From: Eledone cirrhosa
Lineage: Eukaryota
DNA: 64,000 nt
Assembly (NCBI GenBank): GCA_964016885.1
Contig: OZ024762.1
Location: 19,530,001 to 19,594,000 of the forward strand
Reading direction: 5' to 3'
In this document: positions 11,861-23,834 of the stretch, piece by piece
Numbering within the stretch: the first letter of the stretch is position 1
Layout of the letters: the number at the start of each line of letters is the position of its first letter
Made by a program: the position numbers and the translations under genes
The notes under the pieces: generated by a model
The model's database searches: none
What the model was told of the DNA's origin: nothing
The model's input: only the letters and a program-made list of their open reading frames with translations

Positions 11861-13197
11861 CGACCTGACATTCATAGCGGAATCAATGGCCGAGCTAGAG
11901 AAGAAATTCCAAACATGGAAGCACGGCCTAGAGTCAAAAGGACTTAAAATTAACCTGGCTAAGACCAAAGTACTAGTTTGTAGGAAAGAAAACAAGGCGG
12001 CGGTCCCTTCTGGGAAATGGTCGTGCTCGGTGTGTAGGAAAGGCGTAGGTAGAAACTCCATTTTATGTCCTAAATGCAAAGTATGGGTGCATAAAAGATG
12101 TAGTGGGATCACAGGTAGGCTAACTAAGAACATAGATTTTACATGTGGCCGGTGCTCTGGTGCAATAAGTAGCAGCAAGTGCCCACAAACTACTAGCTCT
12201 TTCAATTGCGCAGAGGGTTCTATAGAAATAGTGGACAGCTTCCGTTACCTGGGCGATAAAATCAGCAGTGGGGGAGGGTGCTCTGAAAGTACTGTAGCTA
12301 GAGTCAGAACTGGTTGGAAAAAGTTCAGAGAGCTTATACCACTATTAGCTGCTAAAGGGTTCTCACTAAAAATGAAAGGCAGGTTGTACGATGCCTGCAT
12401 ACGAACAGCAATGCTGCATGGCAGTGAGACCTGGGCATTGTGTGCAGAGGATATACGCAGACTAGAGAGGAACGAAGCTTGCATGCTCCGCTGGATGTGT
12501 AACAGTAATATACGTGAACGGCAAAGCATAAACGAACTAAGGAATAAATTAGAGATAAGAGGGATCAGATGTTGTTTACTCGAGAGAAGGCTACGTTGGT
12601 ATGGACACGTGATGCGCATGAAAGTCGATAGCTGTATAACAAAGTGCAGGGCAATAAAGATAGACGGTAGTCACGGAATAGGCAGACCTAGAAAAACCTG
12701 GGACGAGCTGATAAACTCCGACATCACACACTTACACCTCTCCAAGACAATGTCACTGGACCGAGACCTTTGGCGGTACTCAGTAACAGAGAAGACCCGC
12801 CTTACCTAAATATATAGTAAAACCTACTCCAGCCAGTAGGCATCTCTAACAAATACACCCCGTCCCACCACCCCCACCCGATCCACACCACCCCGTTCTA
12901 TGTAAAGTTATGTTGGTGCCGCGCCATCGAGGCCGAAACAAATGAGATCGTGTAGGTGTCACGACAAAAAAACACACAGTCCACGCTGTAATGTGGCCGT
13001 GTAGGCAACACGGTAAAAACCTCCCAGACCCACACTGTAAATGTGGTTGGTGTTAGGAAGGGCATCCAACTGTAGAAAACCTGCCAGACAGTCCTATGCG
13101 AGCAAGACAATCACTCTTGCCTCAAGTGGGACTACCCCCGTCCAAACCCATGCAAGCGTGGAACACGGACGTTAAACGCTGATGATGATGATGATGA

Positions 13198-13201
<4 letters not shown>
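11861..13201 (+). mobile_element. 5'-truncated RTE-clade LINE: uninterrupted ORF C-terminus to 12809, 3' UTR and (GAT)n tail
   Basis: DLTFIAES (post-YADD), KINLAKTKVL, FRYLG, MLHGSETW, RLRWYGHVMRM, GRPRKTW and DRDLWR are typical RTE ORF motifs; tail gatgatgat. Confidence 0.95.
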
Positions 13202-13239
<38 letters not shown>

Positions 13240-13342
13240 GTGTCTATATATATATATATACCTGTGTATATATATATATTAGATAGAGATAGAGGGATAT
13301 TTTTGGATATTATCTCTCCTATGTATTCACAACTTTACCATT

Positions 13343-13344
<2 letters not shown>

Positions 13345-13376
<32 letters not shown>

Positions 13377-13523
13377 TATATATATACACACACACATATA
13401 TATATATATATACACATATATATATATATACACACACACATATATATATTTATACACACACACATATATAAATATATACACACACATATAAATATATACT
13501 CAAACAAACACATATATAAATAT

Positions 13524-13571
<48 letters not shown>

Positions 13572-13944
13572 GGAGGAGAGAGAGGGGGGGGAGGGGATGA
13601 ATACCTGTGGATTTTATCTCTCCTATGTATTCACAACTTTACCATTGTAATCATTTTACAAACCTATTCTATCACATTCCAGTCTATTGATATACTTCTT
13701 TTGCATGCTTCTTTTACCGCAAGATGAAAGATAATCTCAGCAATAGTTTGTGATACATTTTTGTTTCTATGTATGTATGTATGTGTGTATGTGTGTGTAT
13801 GTGTATATGTGTGTATGTGTGTGTATGTATGTGTGTGTGTGTGTGTGTGTATGTGTGTGTATATATATATACATGCATATTTGCACATTCATGTGTATGT
13901 ATGTGAATATGTAAATGTGTATGTGTATGTGTATATATTCGTGG

Positions 13945-13990
<46 letters not shown>

Positions 13991-14104
13991 TACTTTATAT
14001 ATATATATTATATATATATATTATATATAGATATATTATATATAGATATATTATATATAGATATAGATATATATTATATATATATTATATATATATATAT
14101 ATAT

Positions 14105-14136
<32 letters not shown>

Positions 14137-14350
14137 ATATATATTATATATATTATATATATATATATTATATATATATATATTATATATATTATATATA
14201 TATATATTATATATATTATATATATATATATTATATATATATATATTGTATATATATTATATTATATATATAATATATATATATATTATATATATATTAT
14301 ATATATATATTATATATATATACATACGTATATCTATGTATATTTGTGTG

Positions 14351-14387
<37 letters not shown>

Positions 14388-14390
14388 TGA
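13345..14390. repeat. TA/CA/TG microsatellite field
   Basis: Direct reading. Confidence 0.95.
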
Positions 14391-14503
14391 GTGTGTGTAC
14401 GTACATTCAGTTGAGAATCTTTGGAATTCACACTTTGATATCCTTTTTTAGAATTCTCACATATTTCAAACTTATTTTGCATCTTTCTTTCATTATTATT
14501 ATC

Positions 14504-14539
<36 letters not shown>

Positions 14540-15179
14540 TACTATTATTGTTGTTGTTGTTGTTGTTGTTGTCGTATTTTTTCCTGTCTAACTAAAATCT
14601 CGTTTTTACTTAACCAAATATAATTCCAATTGCTGCATAATTTTTTTATTTTTCTTCTTCTGTCTTATAAGATACATGTTGATCTAAATCTGTAATCGAT
14701 ATAAGGTGTTCCTGATGTTGTCGTTGTTGATGCTGCTGCTACTGCTGCTGTTGTTTCCTTAGTATGAAGAAGAAAGTGTGTGTGTGTGTGTGGGGGGGGG
14801 GGGGTAGTTCTCATAAACTTTTACAAGTCGTACTGGAAAATGAGTACCAGCCCCAGCAACTGAGCTAACTCTGTGTTGGACTGTCATCATGTCCAGGATG
14901 AGAGAGTCTCGTATTCTCTGTTACTTGACCCTTTTTATACCAACCCACCCTGAAATTACCCACCTGCCTTCTTTGATACAAAAGTGCTTATTCTAATAGG
15001 TTTATATTTATACAAACGCCCTTCACTGTAATTTTGTGTAAGAACCTTTGTTCAGTTATGTTCCAAACAACAAGTTGATAGTGAGAAAGCTAGTTACATT
15101 ACTGTATGTATGTATGGAGCCATAACTCCTGATGAAGTTGTAGGAGTGCCATAGTGTCATATGGCATATTTTGGTCATT

Positions 15180-15673
15180 TTAACCCTTTAGAATTTACAT
15201 TCTGTTTGGATTGGCAGTATCAGTAGAACGTCAGACACCATGCTTTGTAGCATAGAGTTATAGCCCTTTACAATCTGCCATCAAATCCCGCCGATGTTAA
15301 CTTTGTCTTTGATCCTTATGGGGTCGATAAAATAAAGTACCAATAATGCACTGGGGTAATTGCTGGCCTTGTGACAAATGTAGAAACAATTATTTTATAT
15401 TTATTATTGTATTTTTACAGTAAAGGCTTTACCTCACATAATTATCTTACATAATAGCTTAGCTATTCTATTTTCTAATTTCAAACCTGCTCACTGTTTC
15501 AAAACATACTTACTTGCCATCTCACATAATATCGAATCTACGAGATTTTGATGTTATTTATTTTGAGAACAATACCTTAACATAAGTATGAGCAGTCAGT
15601 TACAGCCGGTTTGAAAATAAAATGGTGAGAGAATTCTGGCCGGATATGGCCAGTTTAAATGCTAAAGAGTTAA
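15180..15673. mobile_element. piggyBac-type MITE (family P1) interrupted by a SINE B copy (~15205-15395)
   Basis: ttaaccctttag...gctaaagagttaa with the P1 internal sequence. Confidence 0.75.
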
Positions 15674-15764
15674 AGCCTTGTGGACCATATTGTCTTTCCA
15701 GGGTGGATCACAGCAGATTCACTTGCATTTATTAACTTTAACAATGGTTATTATATGATGTGAA

Positions 15765-15957
15765 GGGCAGAGGATTGGCAGTACCAGTAGAGGGTCGGAC
15801 GCCATGCTTTGACGCATAGAGTTACGGTCCTTGCCATTCTGAGTTCAAATCCCGCCGAGGTTAACTTTGCCTTTCATCCTTTCGGGGTCGATAAAATAAA
15901 GTACCAGTAATACACTGGGTTAATTGCTGGCCTTGTGCCAAAAGTAGAAACAATTAT
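15765..15957 (+). mobile_element. SINE family B, full length
   Basis: ggcagaggattggcag...gagttcaaatcccgcc...gtagaaacaattat. Confidence 0.9.
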
Positions 15958-15989
15958 ATGATGTGATAGTCTTGTAACTCTTGTTGGAG

Positions 15990-16135
15990 TTGTAGGAGCC
16001 CTGTGCACGGTGTTTCTTGGGTATTTGAAGCTTAGCAGAGCCCATCTCTTCTCCAGGACTGAACACAGCAGATTTCTTCCTAAGAAGGATAGAAAGTAAG
16101 AGAGGGGAAGGGATAAAGATATATAAAGGAAGAAT
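15990..16135 (+). repeat. Dispersed repeat, also at ~39885-40000
   Basis: Shared tctcttc.ccagg.ctgaacacagcagatttcttcc...gatag. Confidence 0.7.
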
Positions 16136-16249
16136 TGACCCCAATATTGGACTGGTATTTTTTAATCAACCTTGAAATGATGAAAAGCAAAGTTGATATT
16201 AGTGGGATTTGAACTAAGAGAGCTCTGAGAACTGAAACAAATTCTGCAA

Positions 16250-16577
16250 AGTGGTTAGAGCATTGGCCTTGCAATCGAAAGGTTGTGAGTTCAATTCTCA
16301 GACTGGGTGATGTGTTGTTTCCTTGAGCAAGACACTTTATTTCACATTGCTCCAGTTTACTCAGCTGTAGAAATGAGATGATAGGGACTGGGGTCCTATC
16401 ATTCCACTGCAATGTGGTCGTGTAGGTGCCACGGCAAAAAAACACCCAGCACTCACTGTAAATGAGGTTGGTGTTAGGAAGGGCATCCAGCTGTAGAAAT
16501 CAAGCCAGAATCAGTTCCCGTCCCACCCTTGCAAGCAGGGAAAAGCGGATGTAAAATGAAATGATGATGATGATGAT
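16250..16577 (+). mobile_element. SINE family A (tRNA head + CORE-like block + RTE-derived 3' tail)
   Basis: gtggttagagc / gagttcaattc boxes; 3' end homologous to the RTE 3' UTR at 13025-13200. Confidence 0.92.
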
Positions 16578-16819
16578 TCTGTCCAACATTTTAACAACTC
16601 TACCAATTTTCCACTCAGTTATATTAACTAAACTTCTCCAGATTCTTGATTATGTGTCAAAATGATTTGAAAATCATCGTCAGTGTTTTACATGAGAAAT
16701 ATGATAACAAACAGGCCAATGCTAATGAGATAAGCTCTGGGATAATTAGATTTTAGGTTCCAGAACAAAACAAAAAGGGGGTGGAAATGATACTTCCTTT
16801 CACAAAGCATTATCAGCCG

Positions 16820-17010
16820 GACGGTGGATTGGCAGTATCGGTAGAGGGTCGTACGCCACGCTTTCCAGCATAGTTACGTCCCTTTAGGATCTGAGTTCAA
16901 ATCCCGCCGAGGTTGACTTTGCCTTTCATCCTTACGGGGGTCGATAAAATAAAGTACCAGTAATGCACTGGGTAATTGCTGGCCTTGTGCCTAAAGTAGA
17001 AACAATTATC
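16820..17010 (+). mobile_element. SINE family B
   Basis: Full-length match to other copies. Confidence 0.9.
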
Positions 17011-17065
17011 AGCCCAAGATAGACATTTGCCTAAAATTTCACACAGAGGGACAGAACTTAAAAGA

Positions 17066-18122
17066 GCATGGCTATGGACTGAACCATCTTAGCCACACAG
17101 CCATGGCTATGGACTGAATCATCTTAGCTACACAGCCATGGCTATGAACCAAACCTCCTTAGCCACACAACCATGGCTATGAACCAAACCTCCTTAGCCA
17201 CACAACCATGGCTATGAACCACACCTCCTTAGCCACACAACCATGGCTATGAACCAAACCTCCTTAGCCACACAACCATGGCTATGAACCAAACCTCCTT
17301 AGCCACACAACCATGGCTATGAACCAAACCTCCTTAGCCACACAGCCATGGCTATGAACCAAACCTCCTTAGCCACACAACCATTGCTATGAACCACACC
17401 TCCTTAGCCACACAGCCATGGCTATGAACCACACCTCCTTAGCCACACAGCCATGGCTATGAACCACACCTCCTTAGCCACACAGCCATGGCTATGAACC
17501 ACACCTCCTTAGCCACACAACCATTGCTATGAACCACACCTCCTTAGCCACACAGCCATGGCTATGAACCACACCTCCTTAGCCACACAGCCATGGCTAT
17601 GAACCACACCTCCTTAGCCACACAGCCATGGCTATGAACCACACCTCCTTAGCCACACAGCCATTGCTATGAACCACACCTCCTTAGCCACACAGCCATG
17701 GCTATGAACCACACCTCCTTAGCCACACAGCCATGGCTATGAACCACACCTCCTTAGCCACACAGCCATTGCTATGAACCACACCTCCTTAGCCACACAG
17801 CCATTGCTATGAACCACACCTCCTTAGCCACACAGCCATGGCTATGAACCACACCTCCTTAGCCACACAGCCATGGCTATGAACCACACCTCCTTAGCCA
17901 CACAGCCATGGCTATGAACCACACCTCCTTAGCCACACAGCCATGGCTATGAACCACACCTCCTTAGCCACACAGCCATGGCTATGAACCAAACCTCCTT
18001 AGCCACACAGCCATGGCTATGAACCAAACCTCCTTAGCCACACAACCATTGCTATGAACCACACCTCCTTAGCCACACAACCATGGCTATGAACCAAACC
18101 TCCTTAGCTACACTGCTATGCT
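17066..18122. repeat. 35-bp minisatellite, about 30 copies
   Basis: ccatggctatgaaccacacctccttagccacacag. Confidence 0.97.
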
Positions 18123-18692
18123 TGCATATTATCTGTTAATTACACACTGTTGTTAGTATTGATAGTCAAAACTTGCCATTGATTGCCGAAGTGTCGCACC
18201 TCTATAAAATTGGCAACAGTTTTACTTCAATATTCTGCCAATATTGATCACTTAATTACCAGTAATCCCACTGGGGGTTAAACTATGGAACAAGACTGAC
18301 TTTCACCACCACTTCAAAAATCTTCAATTATAACACCTTCATTAAATGCTAATCTATTTTAATATTTGGGGTTAAGCAGAGATGTTATTGTGCTATCAGC
18401 TCAGAGGAGTTGAGTTGTGATCCCCTAGGGTCCAGTAAGTTTATTGCAGTATAATCTAGGTTGTGTTTATTTTTTTCCTATTCTTCTACTTGTCCCCTAC
18501 TTGTCCCCTCCTCCGTTCACCTAATTCATCATATTCATCTACCTGTCCATCTGTTTAGCTTATTAGTAGTGAAAAGGGGCCACTGGTTGGCTGACCATGT
18601 TTACTTTGCTATAATTGTGTCATAGACGGAAAGATTTATATCTTAATTGCTCAACACTGCACTGCTAAAATCTATTCAATGTCAAAAATGCC

Positions 18693-18928
18693 TTAGCCCT
18701 TTAGCATTCACATTACTCTATATATACTATTATATTTTCATGGTAAAGGCTTTATCTCACATAACATAATTATCTCACACATAATATAGAATCTATGAAA
18801 TTTTGATGTTATTTATTTTGTGAACAATACCTTAACATCAGTTTGAGCGACCAGTTACAGCCAGTCTCAACCAGAAAGAGGTAGAGAATCCTGGCCGGTT
18901 TTGGCCGGTTTGAACATTAAAGGGTTAA
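18693..18928. mobile_element. piggyBac-type MITE P1
   Basis: ttagccctttagcatt...ttaaagggttaa. Confidence 0.85.
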
Positions 18929-19033
18929 ACCACCTCTGGTTCTGTGGTAAAACAAACAAGAAATTTAAATGGTTTTATCTAAAAACCTTCCAATGTAATT
19001 TTATGTAAGAACCTTTATGTTTCAAACATCAGC

Positions 19034-19519
19034 TTAACTCTTTTAGCACAGGCATGGACAACCTTTTTCGAGGAGCGGGCCCCATGAGATATGGCTCATC
19101 ATCAGGCGGGCCGCAAGCGCTAATTTCCATTCGTGCCCACATTAAAAAAAAGGGCCGTAACTCAGGTTGTTTTGATTTGTTTCTTCAGAATTCGTGCACA
19201 TTGTTTTCCTCGATCGTAAAAATGATAGAAAGATAATTTATGACTGAAAAGTTGGGGTAAAAAAGTCAGAAAGATTTCACTTAGGTGACTTAGGTGAGCC
19301 ATTCAGAAAGCTTCGTGGGCTGCAGGTTGCCTATGACTGCTATAGCATTTACATTATTCTATATTTACAATTGTATTTTCACAGTAAAGGTTTTACCTCA
19401 CATAATATCGAATCTATGAGATTTTGATATTATTTATTTTGAGAACAATATCTTAACATAAGTATGAGCAGCCTGGGAATTCTGGCCGGATATGGCTGGT
19501 TTAAATGCTAAAGGGTTAA
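19034..19519. mobile_element. piggyBac-type MITE P1 with a nested hAT MITE
   Basis: Left TIR split by the insertion; right end gctaaagggttaa. Confidence 0.8.
19049..19339 (+). mobile_element. hAT (Buster/Charlie-like) MITE
   Basis: TIRs caggcatggacaacct / aggttgcctatgactg; 8-bp TSD ttttagca/ctatagca; second copy at 53165-53414. Confidence 0.88.
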
Positions 19520-20284
19520 ACCGCCTCTGGTTCTGTGATAAAAAAATAAAATTAAATGATTTTATTTAAAAACCTTCCAATGTAATTTTAATGTAAGAAC
19601 ATTTGTTATGTTATGTTCCAAACATCAGCTTAATAACGAGAAAGTTAGTTATATTACTAAGTCTCTTCAAATTCTTAATATTTGTGGATTCTGAAAAATC
19701 CTGTATCCCTTAAAACTGCATTATTAGCATAAGGTTTTTCCTTGCTGAGTGGACTCCCAAGAATGTGAAATAAAGTGTCTTATTGAAAGACATATTGCAC
19801 AGCTTGGTCTGGGAATTGAACTCATGACGCTATGGTTTTCAAATAATTTTGAAAGTAATGAAAAATTTTGAGGGATTTAATAATAGATATTATATCAGTT
19901 ATCTGCTGATTGGAACAAAAGAAATTCTTACATACAATTATGGTCGTTTCTACATTTGGCACAAGGCCACCAACTATCTCAGTGTATTACTGGTACTTTA
20001 TTCTATTGACCCCCCCCCCCCCTTTCCGTAAGGATGAAAGGCAAAGTTAACCTCGGCGAGATTTGAATTCAGACCGTAAAGTACCAGTAATGTACTGGGT
20101 AATTGCTGGCCTTGTGCCAAAAGTAGAAACAATTATTTGTTCTAAAATGTTTATATTTATTTAAAAACACCTTACTTCATATTTTTCTGTAAGAAACTTT
20201 GTTGGTTTATGTTCCAAACAGCAGCTCAATAGTGAGAAAGTTATTTTACTAAGTCCCTTGAAATTCTTGATTATTTTCAATATT

Positions 20285-20500
20285 CTTCTTCTCCCACCCT
20301 GGGAGCAGAGTCCTCAAACACCTTCCAGCAGGTCCTGTCACAAGCAACCGTCTCCAACTGATCTGGCTGTATCCCCAAGTGTGACCAACCAAGCTCATGG
20401 ATGTTATCCAACCATCTTGTTTGGGGGGGGTCTACCCCTGGGTCTCTTGCTAGTTGGTTTTGACCATAAAATCTGTCCAGTTGAGACATTCTAACCACAT
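20285..20500 (-). mobile_element. Degenerate LINE (RTE-like) 3'-end fragment
   Basis: GxxP..TRWLDNI...A.DRTCWK C-terminal motif, (GAA)n-like tail. Confidence 0.65.
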
Positions 20501-21506
20501 GCCTATAGTATCGGAAGTGTGATCTCTCAATTTGGAGAGTTAGAAATGATTTAGAAATGATAGGCAGTGTCTTTTATTAGAAATGTGCTAAGGAAAAGGT
20601 TATGGTTTAGAATAGCCTAAAGCTTTTGACTTTCCACTTTGTCACTACTTGGTATGACATCCTAATTGTGGGCATCTGCTGTAGTGGAATTGTTTGGTTT
20701 TATTCAGTCTAGCTTAAAATAGGTGTCACTCACAATTCACAATTGATTGATTAGTGTTGCAAAGATTGTCCAACCATGACATATATATGCCTTCTTCATT
20801 TCACATAAAAAAATAAAATAAATGAAAAAAAGAAGAAAAAAAAGAGAAATTAAAAAAAAAAAAAGAAAAAACAAATGAAAAATCCTACATTTGTTAAAAC
20901 CATTTATTCTATTGCATAGAATTGAAAGAAGCAAAAATCTATGGAAGGAAGGAAGGAGAGAAAGAACGAATTAAAAGACATGGATTTTTAATAATCAGCA
21001 TTCTGTGTGTGTGTGTGTTTGGAGGAGATGGGGGTTGTCTTAGTTTTTGAGATAAATATACACATGTTTGTACATGTGCCACTATAATTAATCAATGAAG
21101 AGGCTATAAAAGCAGTAACAACAATAATAATAATAATAATAATAGTGTTATTTTGGACCATAATCATGTCTTTTTTTTTTGTCTTTTTCTTCTTTAGAGA
21201 CTTTCCTCTCACAATTCAACAATCGTTTCAATTAGCATGAAATTATTCATTTTTTTTTTTTTTTTCATTTATTTTATTTTTTGAAAATTTAAGTAACAAT
21301 CTGATTTAACAAGGGAAAAAACTAACAATAAATCTCTTCGAAAATAAACCGAAGAAAAGTTTGAAAAATAGAAAATGCTCTCCAAAAAAAAACCTACTTA
21401 TTTAACTCTAATGATTAAAAAAAAATTTTTTTTGAAATGAGTTTGTTAATTCAAATGTTTATACTAGCTTTAAACAAAAGTTACAGTTAACTAAAACCTT
21501 CCTCTT

Positions 21507-21735
21507 TTAACCCTTTAACATTTACATTACGCTATATATACTATTGTATATTCATGGTAAAGGCTTTACCTCACATAATTATCTCACCTAATATCGAATC
21601 TATGAGATTTTGATATTATTTATTTTGAGAACAATACCTTATCATCAGTATGAGTGCCTAGTTATGGCTGGTTTGAACAGAAAAAGGTGAGATAATTCTG
21701 GCCAGTTACCATAGGTTTAAATGCTAAAGGGTTAA
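21507..21735. mobile_element. piggyBac-type MITE P1
   Basis: TTAA-ccctttaacatt...aatgctaaaggg-TTAA. Confidence 0.92.
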
Positions 21736-21807
21736 TGTGATGCAGTCGAAGTGTAGTTTTGTACTTTTCAATAATGTCTTATTTATATGATTTCATAATT
21801 GAAATGC

Positions 21808-22048
21808 TTAACCCTTTCATGACTACATTCCTAATGAAATACACTCTATCTTAATTAATTAATGAAGAATTTTGAGCAATTTACTAAAATTATTAATTAT
21901 TTTATTACTAAGATAGTAACTTAATGTAAGGTTTTTAATATAAAAATTATGTTGGAAGATTTTAATTTAAATTGGAAACCTTAAAAATGGGTGGGTTTTT
22001 TCATAGAACCAGAGCCGGTTTGGGCCGGATTGGTAACTAAAGGGTTAA
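21808..22048. mobile_element. piggyBac-type MITE family P2
   Basis: TTAA-ccctttc...taaaggg-TTAA with a different internal sequence; fragments at ~14925-15100, 18929-19037, 19520-19680, 20140-20285 and 22215-22280. Confidence 0.75.
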
Positions 22049-22276
22049 ATTAAACTATGATTTCAATATTTAATGTGATGCAGTCATAGTGCTGTTTTGT
22101 ACTTTTCAAGAATGTCTTGGTAATGAGGTTTCATGTGGTACATGATTGGTGTTTTCATTGTAATTCCCTTCACATTTTTATGGCAGCTTACCATGTGAGT
22201 TGCTGTCAATAATTTTCAAATAATTAGGAAAATAATCAAGAATTTGGAGGGATTTAGTAATATAACTTTCTCATTA

Positions 22277-22492
22277 TTAACCCTTTAGCAATTACATTAC
22301 TCTATACTTACTATTGTACTTTTGCAGTAAAGGCTTTATCTCATATAATATCAAATCTATGAGATTTTGATATTATATATTTTGAGAACAATACCTTAAC
22401 ATTGGTATGAGAGGCTAGTTACAGTTGGTTTGAACAGAAAGAACTGAGATAATTCTGGCCAGATATGGCCAGTTTAAATGCTAAAGGGTTAA
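22277..22492. mobile_element. piggyBac-type MITE P1
   Basis: TTAA-ccctttagca...tgctaaaggg-TTAA. Confidence 0.92.
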
Positions 22493-22550
22493 ATATAATT
22501 GTTATCTTATTAATAAGTAATATAGTATATAAAGTAATATGTTATGTCAA

Positions 22551-22614
22551 TACTAATCTATATATCTTTTTCTTCTATTTACAGGTCAGTACCATTATTT
22601 CTGTTCTGGTAGGT
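22551..22614 (+). other. Candidate recursive splice site or 24-nt microexon
   Basis: TACTAAT branch-like site, AG-free pyrimidine tract, CAG|GTCAGT, second donor GTAGGT 24 nt later. Confidence 0.45.
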
Positions 22615-22819
22615 TCTATTATTTTCTCTGTTGTATGTTGAAGATTTTAAAAACAAAATGTCTTCTTTCCATACACTTTTACTATTTGTATTCCAAACCA
22701 CGCAAAACCACCCTGAATTTATAATACAAACAACACTGCCCATTTTAAAAAATGTTTATTTTTGTCTCAAAGCCTTCCATTATAATTTTATGAGTCTTTA
22801 TCAACATCTTTTATACTAA

Positions 22820-23575
22820 CTAGCAGAAAAACCACCTTTCGGGTGGTTTTCTGTTAACATGTGTAGTGTTTATATTGATATTATACGCAGGTATATATAC
22901 ATGTAGATATGATACATCAACTAAAATTGTAATTGACAATATATAATACATAGAAATTGAACGAAGACTGCGTTATACTGTCTTATTTAATCAGTAACGT
23001 AATCTACGATACATTAAAAAAGACGATATTATATATAAACTGCATTAGGAGAACATTACTATGTTTATTTAAGCGATGGCCAACCGGAAGTGTTGACATT
23101 TCAGAAATTTTAAAGAAGTGAATCTTTAAATAAACAAAATATATTTAATCAACAGCCACGAAATTTAGTAGATAAATTATGTAATATTCATTCATTATTT
23201 ATTCAAAGTAATGAATGAATATTACATAATTTATCTACTAAATTTCGTGGCTGTTGATTAAATATATTTGGTTGTTGATTAAATATATTAAATGGCAGTG
23301 GTTTGGCAGTATCGGTAGAGGGTCGGACGCCATGCTTTCCAGCATAGTTACGTCCCTTTACGATCTGAGTTCAAATCGCGCCGAGGTTGACTTTGCCTTT
23401 CATCCTTACGGGATCGATAAAATAAAGTACCAGTAATGCACTGGGTAATTGCTGGCCTTGTGCCTAAAGTAGAAACAATTATTTATTCAAAGTAATCCAA
23501 CTTATTTTACAAGCGGGATAAAAAAAAAAATAAACTGTATGCAATCCCGCAGACCTTCCTTTATTATAGTTTAGA
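22820..23575 (-). mobile_element. Non-autonomous Helitron (contains a SINE B insertion at 23294-23482)
   Basis: Minus strand begins A|TCTAAACTATAATAAAG and ends with hairpin aaaaccacc-cgaaa-ggtggtttt followed by CTAG|T. Confidence 0.75.
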
Positions 23576-23760
23576 TTTTGGGGGATCGGAAAGTTGATTA
23601 AATCAATCCCAGTACATTACTCGTGCTTATTTTATCAACCCCATAAGGATGAAAGGCAAAGCTAACCTCGGCGGGATTTGAACTCAGAACGTAAAAGGGC
23701 CGCAACTCTGTGCCACTAAGCATGTGCGACACTCTACCAATACTGCCAACCCACTGCCCT
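23576..23760 (-). mobile_element. SINE family B
   Basis: Homology to other copies. Confidence 0.85.
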
Positions 23761-23834
23761 CAGTTTAGTTAAATAGTTTAGTTTACTGCAAATTTTCACA
23801 ATATGTCCCCCAGGAAAGATAATTTAAGCCTTGG

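Noticed and set aside
17066-18122. CRISPR-like 35-bp periodicity (also 9790-10565 and 30316-30740)
   Set aside because: No unique spacers and no cas genes, in eukaryotic DNA; these are plain tandem repeats.
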